Below, in pieces: positions 49,839 to 61,943 of a stretch of 64,000 nucleotides of DNA. Below the pieces are notes generated by a model. It made no database searches. It was not told the DNA's origin and worked only from the letters and a program-made list of their open reading frames with translations. A program made the translations under genes and the position numbers. This stretch comes from Fimicolochytrium jonesii (taxonomy: Eukaryota), in NCBI RefSeq assembly GCF_025526975.1, contig NW_026515683.1, positions 1-64,000 of the forward strand, given 5' to 3'. Within the stretch, counting starts at the first letter, position 1; every line of letters begins with the position of its first letter.

Positions 49839-49909
49839 AAGCTGAGAATTATGCCAATTTTCAACGTTGCCTTGGACTTCTCGCCTGAAAACGCAGTAAC
49901 CCTCAGCTG
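49839..49909. repeat. 71-bp site 9 (5' UTR of recombinase)
   Basis: AAGCTGAGA...TTTTCAACG...CTGAAAA...CCTCAGCTG. Confidence 0.88.
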
Positions 49910-50276
49910 TACGAACGAATGCCGTCACCCGGCCTATGGTCACACGCATAACTAATCATTTCCATTGTACCCATGTATGGCAGAAATGCCCCATTGAGGG
50001 CATTTCCGTTTTCTATTAGTGCCGTACATAGTCATTTCCCAAGATACATAGGGGGGTCACGTGACTCGCGTTACTGGTCTAGTTCTCAGTAACGTGAACG
50101 CGTTACTGGCGTCACTGACCCGATAGGTACATACATACAGTACAGTACGTCACCAGTTTTCGTCAACGCGTCGGACTGCGCGTTGTGCCCAACCTCGAAG
50201 TTGAAACTCATGTCTTTTGTCCTCGAGATCGATGTTGCAGCTTTACAGAGCAAACTGTACCACTGTAGGACGCAAA

Positions 50277-53200
50277 ATGAGCTTGGATATTGTGAAGTTC
50301 TCCGATGAAAGCTTCAAGGCTGAACAATGTACGTACGGGGTGTCGAAGGTGGGTCATTGTCGCGGAGCCTGGAACTGACAAGCCGACTTTTGCATCGTCC
50401 CCGTGTTAGAAGATGTGCATAGCATCTTGACTCAGAGTTCGGAGGAAGGTGTCAGAAGCTTCCACCAAGCACTTGTGGACGCCGGAGATGCAGCCGCCGC
50501 AGATTTGCAGCGCAATGTCTACAAGAACTATTCCGAGTTTGTCCTCATCTCGAAGGAAATTTCCAGATTGGAGACCGACATGTGGTCTCTCCGAGGATTG
50601 CTGGCCGACTTCACGGACGTCAATCAAGCGTTGCTGAAGACTATTCGGACCGAAGAGCCATCCACAGTCGAGAGTGAGCTTTCAAAAGCGAGATGAGTTA
50701 GTACAAAACAGACGCTTGACTGACTCCGTGATCCGCCAGAGACGACAGAAACATCGCAGGATCAGGACCTCAATACTAGAACTGCCACTCCTTCATCGAC
50801 ATTAGCAGCACAATCCGAGACTCAGAACAGGATTTCACAGCTGTCGACTTTGTATGATACCATCGAAGGGCTCTCGAAGATCCTCCCGCCGTCGCCATTG
50901 CGATATCTCGTCCGCGACGGTTCCACATCTCGCTTTGGAGAATCGAATCCGTCCAATATGAATAAAGTACTACAGAGCGTGTACTTCTACATCCTCAGTG
51001 ATACGCTCGTCGTCACAACCAAGAAGCGTGGTATTATCAGCGGCAAAAACAAGATGGTTTTAGACAAATGTTGGAGTTTGGGCGATGTCGCAATTATTGA
51101 CGTCAAAGATTCCACGGAAGTCAGCAACGCTTTCAAGATCTTACGGCATCCGGACACTTTCATTTATCGCTCAGATACATTGGAAGAGAAGAGATCTTTC
51201 CTGACCGCCTTCAAGAGATACACTGATGAGCTCATGCTGCAGAAGCGGGCGGCCCTGGAGAACGCCAAAAACAAACAGCCAAGCGCGACGCCTTTGGAGG
51301 AGGTGGTTAGCCCAACTCAAAGGGAAACAGATCGGGAGGAAAGGGCGCGTAGGGCATTGAGAGACGACTTGAGCAACGCCGAAGTAAAGTGGTTAATGGA
51401 ACTCAGCGACGAGTTGGATGTCTTGGTTGCACACCGGGACTTTGACGTGGCAGTCGGTTTGATTGAAGATGCGAGGCGAACCTTGTCCAAGTCCAGTGCG
51501 GAGACACCACGTGTGGCACAAATCAAAGCCAGCTTGGAGGAGCGGACAAACAAGCTGGCTCAACTTGTTAGCATGGATTTTGCGAACCCAGTCGCTACGA
51601 AATCACAAGTACAGGCAAACATCGACAAACTTCTGCGGCTTGGAATGGGGGATCAGGTAGGACGTAACATTGGAAGTCGTTGCCTACTTATCGCGGTCAA
51701 GGTCCTGAAGTGCTCGTTCTCCCCAGGCCCGAGACTTTTTCCTGACGTCTCGCACTGCCATTATTCGTCATCGGATTCGCTTGGTCAGGTTTGGGGGCGA
51801 TGTGTCGATATACATATCAGACCTGGCCCAGGTAGTGTTCAGACTGACGAGGAATACGTGCGACTGGTATGGGGGATCATTCCGAGATACGACGATGGCT
51901 TCAGGTACGGTGTATTTCAACATGTAACCCCCCGACGATTCTATGATGCGTTACACACTTCTCCCAGGCTTCATGAAGTGGGTGGCAATAGAGCTCGAGA
52001 ACTTCACCCAGATTTTCCGTAGACAAGTTTTCGACTGCCATCCGTCTTTTTCGGTTATTGCCGACTGTCTTCAGCATACACTAGAGCACTGCAAACCGGT
52101 GAGCATCGTCCCACCGTGAAGCGGTCCTCTGTGCTGCTATGTTTACTGTTGCTTGTTGCGCAACCTAGTTAAAAGAAGTGGGCCTGCACATTGCACCGAT
52201 GATCACTGATGCCCTGCATGACGATATCGTCAGGTCCATTGAGGAGCATTCGGCCAGCTGCGTTGCCAATATTGTTGTATCTCTGGAAAAGGACAAATTC
52301 GTCGTTGTGGATGCGAATTGGTTGATTGGCAAAGAGGATGAGTTTGGTACGTTGTATTGAAGGAGGTCAAGGCGTTGCGGAATTCAGTCTCAATCATTGC
52401 GCGCTATTCTCTAGCCGATATCACGGCAAAGGTTTCGCAATCTGTCTATGAACTGTACTCTATCCTGATGGACTTTGGCTCGGATGTCTCGGTTTTGATG
52501 TCCATATCGGTAATAAGATTCGTTCCCGTATGTCAACAGACTTCACTCATATGTTCCCGTTCATACTCCGTTTCGTAGTTGTACAACAAGATTGTCACTT
52601 GCTTGACGGATTTCTTTTCGGCGTACGTTGAGAAGCTTATAAGATCGTTCGGTGAGACAAATCGAAACTGGACGTACGGTCAGGTAAGGCGCGATTGGTT
52701 TAATGTACATCCCTTGCGCCTCTTAATGTGTGTTCTCCTTCTGACAGCGGAGCGTAATGATGGTCAACTCCGTCTTCATTGTCGACGATTTGCTGCCAAA
52801 AGTCGCTGGGCAGCTGGCGGTAAGTGTTCTCTCTGCGCTGAGCATATGCGAGAAGAGTTCTTGGGCGATTGACACATCGTCACGCAGCGCCGTTTTGATA
52901 GGGCGATTCCGGAGATGGAGGACATGGGGGTCGCCTTGAAGCGTATGTGTTTGAGTTGTAATGTTTCGTCGTCCATCGTTCATTTGCACACCTTCTAACG
53001 CCGCTGCATAGACCGCGTGACTGATCTCCACCATACACTCTTTATTGACATCACACATGAGCGGCTCACAAAGGAGTTATGGAACTTTCCGACTATCGAT
53101 TACACAAGTGTAAGGTCACTCCGTTCGACCGATAGTTCCTGGATGGACACTCATCTTTGTCTTACAGAACGGCGGGATCCTGGATTCCGCAAAGCCGTCA

Positions 53201-53910
53201 GATAACATGATGCGGGTATGCACGACCCGAGGATAATCTCGAGTCTGAAAACGTTGGGCACTCATAGCCAAAACATTTTGTGTGGCCCACAGCTTGTTGA
53301 GGAGCTGAATAAGATCCTGGGAGCCTTATCGCCAACCCTCCCGCGCATCGCCATGCTCAGTCGAGTCATCGACCTCATTTTCACCGCTATGGACGAACGT
53401 AAGGTTTCAGACCGCATAATGGGCTTCTCCTCCGTCCGTGTCGACCTGCGCTGACTTACGGACCTCTCCTTCTTGCCATGCAGCTCAGTCATGGGTAACA
53501 CCCCGCAACACTCCACGACGCTTTGGTTTCCACGGCGTGCAACAGCTTATCTTGGACATCAACTTTTTCCTTCGCATCTGTGAGCCGTTGGTATCGGATA
53601 GAGCCAGCGAGGCGGCGAACCGAGTTTGCGAGAAAGGGTTGCGAACGTTCTTTTCAGGACAAGGCGCGTCGGCGACTCCTGGGGGTGGCGGAGCCGTCGT
53701 CAAGGCTGCTTTGAAGGTGAGTCACATCAAGCGTTGTTCGAGGGGCATTTTCTATTGTTGCCAAGCCCTGTCTGACATGCGTCGTTCACATTTGTTGTTA
53801 TACAGACTGGGGATTGGTATGACCAACGCGTAGACAGCGTAATGGACCTAATCTCCTCCGAGTTCCCGCATCTAGTGGCGCTGAGAAATGCGTCGTCCGG
53901 GTCCACCTGA
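50277..53910 (+). CDS. EXO84: Exocyst complex component Exo84 (multi-exon)
   Basis: Vps51-like DLQRNVYKNYSEFVLISKEISRLE, PH domain (FYILSDTLVV...IIDVKD...NAFKI), ELDVLVAHRDFDVAV, and LLRLG.GDQARDFFL after splicing. Confidence 0.9.
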
Positions 53911-54203
53911 ACATCCTCCAGCGAATTCAATGGCTCCCCGCTTCACACTTATTGGTCTCGGATATTTTTTGGGTCTCACGTTATCTATTACATAAGTGCG
54001 ATGATTGTCATGTGCTTTGCCAACCTATCATGCTATGAGACTCGTCGCGCAGACGAATCTGTCCCGCCGAAGAAACAGTGTGCAAGCCCTGTGGACGGGC
54101 TAAGGTATATACAGGATGCTATCAGATCGTGGCAGGTGGTGTGCAATCAATTACATAACAGTTCAAGGGGGGAATGTCTTCAAGGATGGAAAGCTTAGAT
54201 GCG

Positions 54204-57095
54204 TTAACTTGACGTGGGGTCAAGGCTCGCTAAATCACGAAGCGTTTCGCGAATGATGCCGCCGACAGGCCCCGCCGACCGTTTCAATTCTTCTAAGGTT
54301 GTAGCGATCTCGATGAGTCGTTCCCTACATGACCTGCAGCGTGATACACTATCCATGACAGTGTGTTAGAACATGTCGCGCCCCGCCCAAATCATCGAGA
54401 TGCATCCGAGCCCGCATACCGATCTTCCCGGCTAATGTCCACTCCCGGCGATGAGATGTAATTTGCGTCCAATGTGGCAAGTATGACAGGTCCAAAGGAC
54501 TTGACAAGTGTCCGGACGGTATTGCATGCTGTCACGATATAGCTGCAATAAATCGCAAATGGGTTAGGGAACTGCGACTCAAGAGAGTCATCGTGTGCAT
54601 TATCATTCAGAAACTCACTCCTCATAGACTTCAAAGAATAGCTCATGCACCAGTGGCAACAGCATCAAAGCGGCCTCCATCGTGAGCAATTTTGGTTTCA
54701 GGTTGATGATCCTTAACACATCCACAAGCACACTGGCATCCTTCAGGGTAACAAGGGACTCGATCGTTGGTCGAATGTTGGATTCGTCCCATGCGCTGCG
54801 GACTATGCGGATCGATGTGAGACGATTGTTGAGGATAGAACCGACGGAGGCGTGGCGGAAGAGGAGAGAGTCAATAATGTCATTATCGGAGGTGGAAGGT
54901 GGAGAGCCTGGGGATGATGGGGAGAGAGGCAGGGGCTGCAGGCGCCGTTGTGCATTCTGCATGAGGAGACGCAAACCGAATGAGCGGTTTATAATTACCA
55001 TTGTACACCATGCGCCAATCAAGCACTACGCACCTGAATGAACTTGGCAACATCAAGGTTTAGTGGCCGCTCGCCTGTTCCAGCGGGCACAAAGGGATTC
55101 GTAGCAGTGCTCGACCGCTGGCCGTGCGGCAAGAATGGCGAAGGATGTTCGCCAACCACATTTCCGGCGCTCGCCGTAGATCCGCGTAATGGTGTTCCGG
55201 CGCGGCTGTTCGAACCAAGGGAGTATCGCAGGCGATTCTCCTCGTCACCGCGATCGAAATTGCCAGATGCTGAGCGGCGTAACCCTTGATCAGCATCTAT
55301 TAGGGAGGAAGTGGATCTGCTGGCGCTGCCAAGGCGGAATGGGGTATTGCCTGCTTGAGCTAGAGAGACGCTGGTTACGTCCATATCGAAACATTCGTAA
55401 AAATGACTGAAGACCCACCATTTGATCGAGATGCTGAAGGCTCTCGTCGATCTGAGTCGAATGGTTGCCCTGTTTCATCCAACCGCTGATAAGGACGTAC
55501 ATGCGCGATTTGACAGAAATTGGCCGCGTACGTACCGGATCTGATCGTAGTCCCCTCATACACATTTGTAGCGGAAGCACGTGGCGTCGATGACCCGCTA
55601 TCATCAGCAATATGCAGGCGCGCTTTGCGAATGGGAAGGTTTTAGACAGGCATACGACATTCTCAATAGCGACAAGCTTGTCTCACCAATGTCAACATCC
55701 CCGTAATTCTGGAACTGGGCTGTTGTCCTGTTCGAAATATCGGGAGGCTTAGTCGTCGGAGGCCCTTTATCCGTGGGGCTCAAATGAGGCTGCCCGTCGT
55801 GTGAATCGGTTCAGCATCAGGTAGTTTTGGATAGCATGCTGGACGGTATCCGCTCACCGTTATATCCACTCCCCACATGCTCAGAAAGTTGTGATCTAGA
55901 GCACCAGCAAGGACTTTGCCGTCCTCCATCATGATCCGCATGTCACTAATATTGGGCCAGCTCACTGGTATCACGTCATGGCATACTGCTGGTTCCCACG
56001 TCCATATCTGCATGCAAGTTCCGGTCAGTCCAAGGTGGTGGCAATCACTATTCTCATACCGACTCACCTGCAGGGAGTCGGTGCTACCAACAAAGAGCTC
56101 ATGGCCATCCGGATCGAATTGCAAAACCTGCACTCGACCAGATATTGGTGGTGTTTTCGATATGCATTCGAACGTCTGCAGATCATAGAAGCGCAGGACG
56201 TTGTCCTCCCCAGCAGTGACTATCAGAAACTCAGATGGGTTGAAAGCGAGCGCTGTTATTGCCCCTGTGTGGTCAGAAAAGGAGTGAAGCAGCTTTCCTG
56301 CCGTCATATCGCGGATCTATCTGCTCGTTAGCCAGTCGTTCCACGATGATTGAAAGATATGTAAGAGCATACCTTCACAACGCCATCCCCACCACCAGTC
56401 GCTATCCACCTTCCGTCTGGAGTGATCCGCAGCACCGTCACTCCATCATGATGCCCCTGATAGGTCTGTATGCAACCCTTCCTCTTGATATCCCAGATCT
56501 TCACCGAGGAATCCACCGATCCCGACGCGAAAAACTCTCCAAACGGGTGAAATTCAACACACCGTGCGCCAGATTTATGTCCAGCGAGCGTTCGAATGAC
56601 TGCCGCGACGCGATGAGTGGTGAACTGCTGAAGGAGGTCTGTCGCGGCCAAGACGCTCACCTTTCGCATGCTCCAGATCCCATAGTTTGAGTGTCCCCGA
56701 CGATGATCCCGCCACCACGATCTCCTCAGGCCAATCCAGTGTTACGCATTCGATTGAGCTGGCATGTCCTCCAAGGCTCTTTGGTGAATGAGAACGGTAA
56801 GCCCTCAATCCCGCGTTGTCCGTCCGTCCCCGAACCTTCCGGCAGGTATCATACCAATATCGGAGACGTCTTCCCCACCGCCCATAAGTTGACTTTGCGG
56901 TCCTCTCCACCCGTCACCATTACTCTGCCGGACTTTGCCCCTATTCTCAGACATGTTGCCTGCGCGTCGTGAGCGACGAAGTCGTCTGCCGTGGGAGAAC
57001 ATGAGAACGAAAATGCACCGGTCCCACAATTGTGCTGATTGAACAGCGAAGCGCCTCAACATACGTATTTTGGTTGCCCGTGGATCGTTGTTCAT
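54204..57095 (-). CDS. KATNB1: Katanin p80 WD40 subunit B1 (multi-exon)
   Basis: [54 protein letters not shown], and the C-terminal con80 region [22 protein letters not shown]...DASVLVDVL. Confidence 0.92.
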
Positions 57096-57953
57096 TTTTG
57101 GGAAGCGGAGGAACCCCGGTTGCAGCGCCGTCCTTGTGCTCCCCTTTCCAGCGCCCGCCTTTCTACACGAAGGAGTATCAAAAACTATCTTTCCAACACG
57201 CTTTCAGTCGCCTTAGTTCCGCCGACCCGCCCGAAAATGTGAAGGTGTTGGGTCCTCCTGGTATTGTGCCTGTATTTCTCTTGTCCAGTGCGAAAAAACT
57301 GGCACTCGACTTGGATCGTGTTGAAGATGGCGTTTGGAGTTTTCACAGAGAAGCGCCGTTGCAGTGTTGTCACCACTTTTTGCTCAACAACCCGTGGCAG
57401 ACGGACATGAGCGAGCACCGACAAAGACTGTCAGAGACTTTTCGCAGTTACCAGCGCATACGGACGAGTGATCCGAGAACGCTGAACAAAAAAAACGAGT
57501 GAAGTTGGTATATTTTAGCGCTGTCACCGTTCTGTCCGAGAGACCCGGAGAGGGGCAGGCCAAAAGTGATGACAACGAAAACCTCGCAACCCGTTGGGAA
57601 CCTCTGGACGCTGCTCTGGACGACTGGAACCCAGACTGGAACCGGGCTTCCCCTTCCCCACAAAAAGCCTTCACCAGCCACAAGCACTTGGGCATACTCC
57701 AGAGCACGAATTAGACAGGACGCAGGCTTCCTAGTCCAGCGACTTACGAACATCATCTTTTCGTCCAACGGTCCAAGCCAGGCTCCGAAAGAGAGATCCT
57801 CCAGCCAAACCTCGCACTCACACTCGCAGGACGCTCCCCACGATAGTTCCCGGTGCATTTGAGGTGTGAGTGAACGCTTTGTGATCGGGAACGGGGCCTC
57901 ACTTACAACTCCTTCGGGGCGTCCGACGACGGGATTGTCTGTTGGTGACCGGT

Positions 57954-59986
57954 ATGGAATGCCCAGTATGTGGGTCGTCCCACAAGCGATTCTGGTGTAC
58001 CCGCTGCCTTTCCGATAGGTGGGTTGTGAGGAAGAAAGGTCTGGCTAGTGAATGCGATTTTGAAAGGACGTAAGAATTCCTCCCTTAACCGCTGACGCTC
58101 GTCCTTCAGACTCCATGCTCACAGAGGGGTACAAACGGCAACGTCCGCAGAATGCAAATCCCTCGCCCAGCAGATTACCGCCGTCCTCGAGCCGGCGCGC
58201 CCGCCGACGGGAATATCGCGCTCCGTCGAAATGGCCAGTTTGAAAGTACGGCTCAGTTCACTCCAGGATGACATATCCGACTCTCGGCGCCGTGTGCAAC
58301 TCGCAAAGGACGAACTGAGCGCTGCAAAGGCCTTAATGGCTACGCGTCGCCGAGAGTACACGGAATCGAGACAGATGGTCGAGTCGGAACGAATGCGAGG
58401 AATTGAAAGAGCCGTTCGCGAGAGAAATGACGCCCAGAAGTCATACCTGCAAACCGCTGATGTGTTGATGCAGTCGAGAAGACTGCTGATAAGAGAGCTT
58501 CTGTCGATATTCAGATTGAGGAAAGTCCAGCGGCGGCTTTCGAAGCCGCCAGCTTTGGGATCTGTGGGGGCGTGCATACCGTCAGGAGCTTCAGCGCACG
58601 TCGGGGCACGCCAAACTGTCACTGCTATCAGTCCGACCGGGCCCGCTCATGCGGATCCAATCGAGTATCGGATTGTGAATGTCCCATCGCCGGTTTTTGG
58701 CTACGCGCTGAATTGTCCTCGAGAACGGTTCAACGCCGCTATAGGCCACATTATCCATATGTGCGCCGTCCTCGGCAAATATCTTGACATCGACTTTCCT
58801 TTCAAGGTAGTCAATAAGGGCACCAAGTCCTGCGCGTATAGGAACTCTGCCTTTGCCATCGAGATTACGCGAATGCCTTTGTACCTCACTGATTCCAATG
58901 CGGAGCACTTTACCATTGGTCTCGCCATGTTGAACTATAACATCGCATACCTATGCTATACGCAAGGTGTTGATATCCCTCTGCTGAACGTGACGAATAC
59001 CTTGGAAAACATTGCTCTGTGCTGTCAGGCGATGAACCTGGGAAGGTACGGAGCCCACTCCAGTTTATTGGTCGGGTCGCTAAGGCTCGCGACCATAAGT
59101 ACCCTTGGCTTACACAAATGTTCATTTCAGAGACGGTTCACTTCCTCTATCGATCCTGAGCGAGCACTCCCTTGAAGCGAAATCTAGCATGTCCAACATC
59201 CAGGGCAGTGTAGAGACCCCCTGTTCCTCAACCCACCGATCGTCCCAACCATCTCCCTCTTCGTCACACTCATCATCAGTCCCGCACCCACATCGCCGAC
59301 CTCTCACGCAGTTTCCACTGCCGTTCAGCAAGACCGTCCAGTTGCACTGTGTTTTGCATCGCCGGAAACATGCCGTTGCTGCACTGGCAAAACTGCAACG
59401 CGCAGCGGTTGCGCAGCTCTCCGGCGACACGAACGTCGCTGGTCCTGGAGCACCTCAGGAAGGCCAAAGTCCAACTACAACCACGGATCCTTCAAGGGCA
59501 ACCTCTCCCTCCCGTAGGACATCTACCGTCTCCATCTCCGCCTCCACAGCGAGTCTGACCACCAGGTCACCCGTCGCATCACCCACCCGCGGTCCTTCTC
59601 GCGCCGCTCCGCTGCCACCACCATCCCCACGACGGTCAACAACCGCCGCCGCGCCACTCGCAGAAAGCCGACAACAGCAGCAACAAAATCCAGCAGCGCC
59701 TACAGATCGCTTGACCACGCTTATCCTACAACACATCCTGACCCCAACATCAACATCACCCGCGTCGCCGGATGACGACGATCTGGACGGCGCGGCGGAT
59801 ATGACAGACTACCTGGACACAGCGCTGTTCTCACCTCTGCTGGAAGTACCTGACGATGAGTATGCAGCGGAGTGGCCTTGGAGCGCGGGTGAGGATGGGG
59901 AAGACGAGGTCGAGGATGGTGGGGAGGGGGATGGGTGGCATTTGGTGAAGGAGGTTGTCAAAAGGGGGAGTGAGGTTCAGGGGTGA
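57954..59986 (+). CDS. ATG14: Atg14/UVRAG-family autophagy PI3K subunit (Atg14-like)
   Basis: N-terminal MECPVC...FWCTRC, coiled coil, NAAIGHIIH....YL.I.FPF and FTIGLAMLNYNIAYLCYTQGV. Confidence 0.72.
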
Positions 59987-60485
59987 GTTTGAAGCAGCCT
60001 AGGCGTAGGATTCATTTGCTGTACATATGTTTTGGATTCCCACCTACGCGCTATCGATCGCATGCAGTTGCATAGTGCTACTTTTGTGTAGGTCGTACTT
60101 ACTGATTAGAGTTGTTGTGTAATCAGATTTTGTTTTAGTTCATCAGGGTTGCTCCTAGGCTTGTGTTGATGTGCCCGGGCCTTGATCCCATCCCACCACC
60201 AAAGGCCATCCTATCCAAATGATGCACTGTTCTTCCCAAATGTTCCACACTCAATCCGATCTGCGTGCACAACTCAATTTGGTATTCCCGCAAGAGAGGA
60301 AAATCGCATTGCATGTTCGATGCAGGGGTATGTGCAAAAAAGAAAATAAAACATCCCATGGGTCTGAATCCAAACATAGCGCCCTCCGATGCGCTGGTCC
60401 GCTACGGCCGGGTCCGGCAGAGCGAGCGCCCGGCGGGCCAGACAGTCGACACCTCCGAACCCTCCAGGCAGGTCCCACAAACCAC

Positions 60486-61309
60486 CTAAGCATAATCGTT
60501 CCCCCTCAGACCCGCCGAATGTCCCTCATAGAAATTGGCCAAAAACTCCGACACGCCCCGCCCATCTGCCCGTCGTCCCAGATCGTCTTCGCCAGGTCTG
60601 ACCTGCCTCTCGGGCTGGGCGTAGGTGTCCTTCGGGAAGAAGCGCTGCACGTGGTCGTCTTGTTTCCATTGCTCGGTGGTTTCCGTCAGCTCGTTGCGGC
60701 CTTTGAAGATAAGGACGTCGATGACCTGGTGGTCAGTTACGGTGAGGTTTTTGGCGAATTCGGCGCGGATGCGATTTCGGAACTGTGCGACAAGAATGAA
60801 GGATTATTATGCGATTCATAAGAAGGGTTAAACGATTCCTGCGAAGCGACTTGCTAGCCGTTCTTCCTCGTCACAATAAGTGGGTAGTCTTGCCAACTCC
60901 CAACACCGAGACGAACAAGATGGGCAATCTTATTCTCGAAAGGTTTTCCTGTACCCGCCTCAAAACTCTTGCTTTGAGCGTCACAGACTCTCATCGCTTC
61001 TCGACGCCGTGCCCAACTTTGTCGAAATCGCAAGGGGCCACCCAAGATTCCCAGACTACGCCATCTCAAACCTCGATGCAGCCGCCAGGTCTTGTACTCA
61101 GACCGAAACCCCCAATTGTCCCCTCCCTCCAGGTTCCCCATCTACAACTGCGCAGTGTTGCCCACCTGCCAGAGTCCGTACGGCATCCTGTACATTTCGA
61201 GAATATCTGGTGCTGCCCTGAGCGCGTCGCGGTAGAGCTGCAGCACCCTCCTGCGCTGCTCCCCGGCGGAGCGAGAGATGACGGTCGGTAACGGTGTTGT
61301 GAGGGTCAT
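60486..61309 (-). CDS. NDUFA6: Complex I LYR subunit B14 (NDUFA6); exons 61309-61166 and 60782-60486
   Basis: RRRVLQLYRDALRAAPDILEMY..|FRNRIRAEF.KN..VTD..VIDVLIFKG..EL.ET..QWKQ..HV.RFF...SEFLANFYEG. Not in the ORF track; assembled by splicing. Confidence 0.9.
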
Positions 61310-61943
61310 GGTGCACAGAGCTCGAGGATATATGTGTTTGGTGGATGTGAACTGCGATTCCAGTGTTGGTGGTGGTCTCGACGGCGAAAGGCTACATGTA
61401 ATTCAATTGCCGTGCACGTGCGCTGGATTGCCTGTCACGTGAGATGTGTTTATCATTTTGCTTTTCTACCATGAGAATCGCGATTCTTTATGTCCCAGGC
61501 GATCGTTTCAACCACCCGCCAGATCTCTGGGCCTGGGGGTTGTTGTCTGGTCTGCGTTCGGGAAGGGGGACACCATGCCACAGATGCCACTGCTCTTGGC
61601 CGAGGATTCTGTCGGCTTTTCCCACCACCACCACCACAACACAACTCTCACCTGCGGCCCCGATTGACTGTCGTGCACTCCAAGCTGCCTTTTCGCCTTT
61701 ACAGACCCTTCCGCCAAAAGATATACTTCAACTGGTGTCCTACCTCGCAGCGTCCCAGTCAGGCTTCCCAACTTATCGCAACCTTGGCATGCTGAGTGTC
61801 CTCGCTGCGTAATCACTCCCTACGCCATCTGTCTGGCAACGGACGTATCTGGCATACCCGTGGCAACACTTCCACAACGAGTTGAGCACCATCCCTTTGC
61901 AGCTACTGTAGGAGGTTAGGACGTAAAGCAAGCACTACCGAAA

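Larger units (their letters stand above)
30178..50131. mobile_element. CryptonF-like tyrosine-recombinase element with cargo genes; ~6.2 kb after removing two nested Gypsy insertions
   Basis: Recombinase gene, two cargo genes, nine shared 71-bp sites, GCGTTACT(GG) clusters at both ends, and candidate terminal direct repeat TAGGTACA (30178-30185, 50124-50131). Exact ends are inferred. Confidence 0.75.

Noticed and set aside
30595..49909. 71-bp sites as a CRISPR array or integron attC cassette array
   Set aside because: Eukaryotic context with no cas genes; the intervening DNA is exons of continuous genes rather than spacers or cassettes, and there are no GTTRRRY cores.
30595..49909. 71-bp sites as classic introners or MITEs
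   Set aside because: They do not coincide with splice sites, show no consistent TSD, and were not seen outside the element. Not fully excluded without a genome scan.
49983..50006. 9-bp hairpin GAAATGCCC/GGGCATTTC upstream of the recombinase; also the (GCAC)n run near 39013
   Set aside because: Single short occurrences that could be chance; insufficient evidence.
57185..57860. Short ORFs between KATNB1 and ATG14
   Set aside because: No recognisable homology or confident gene model.
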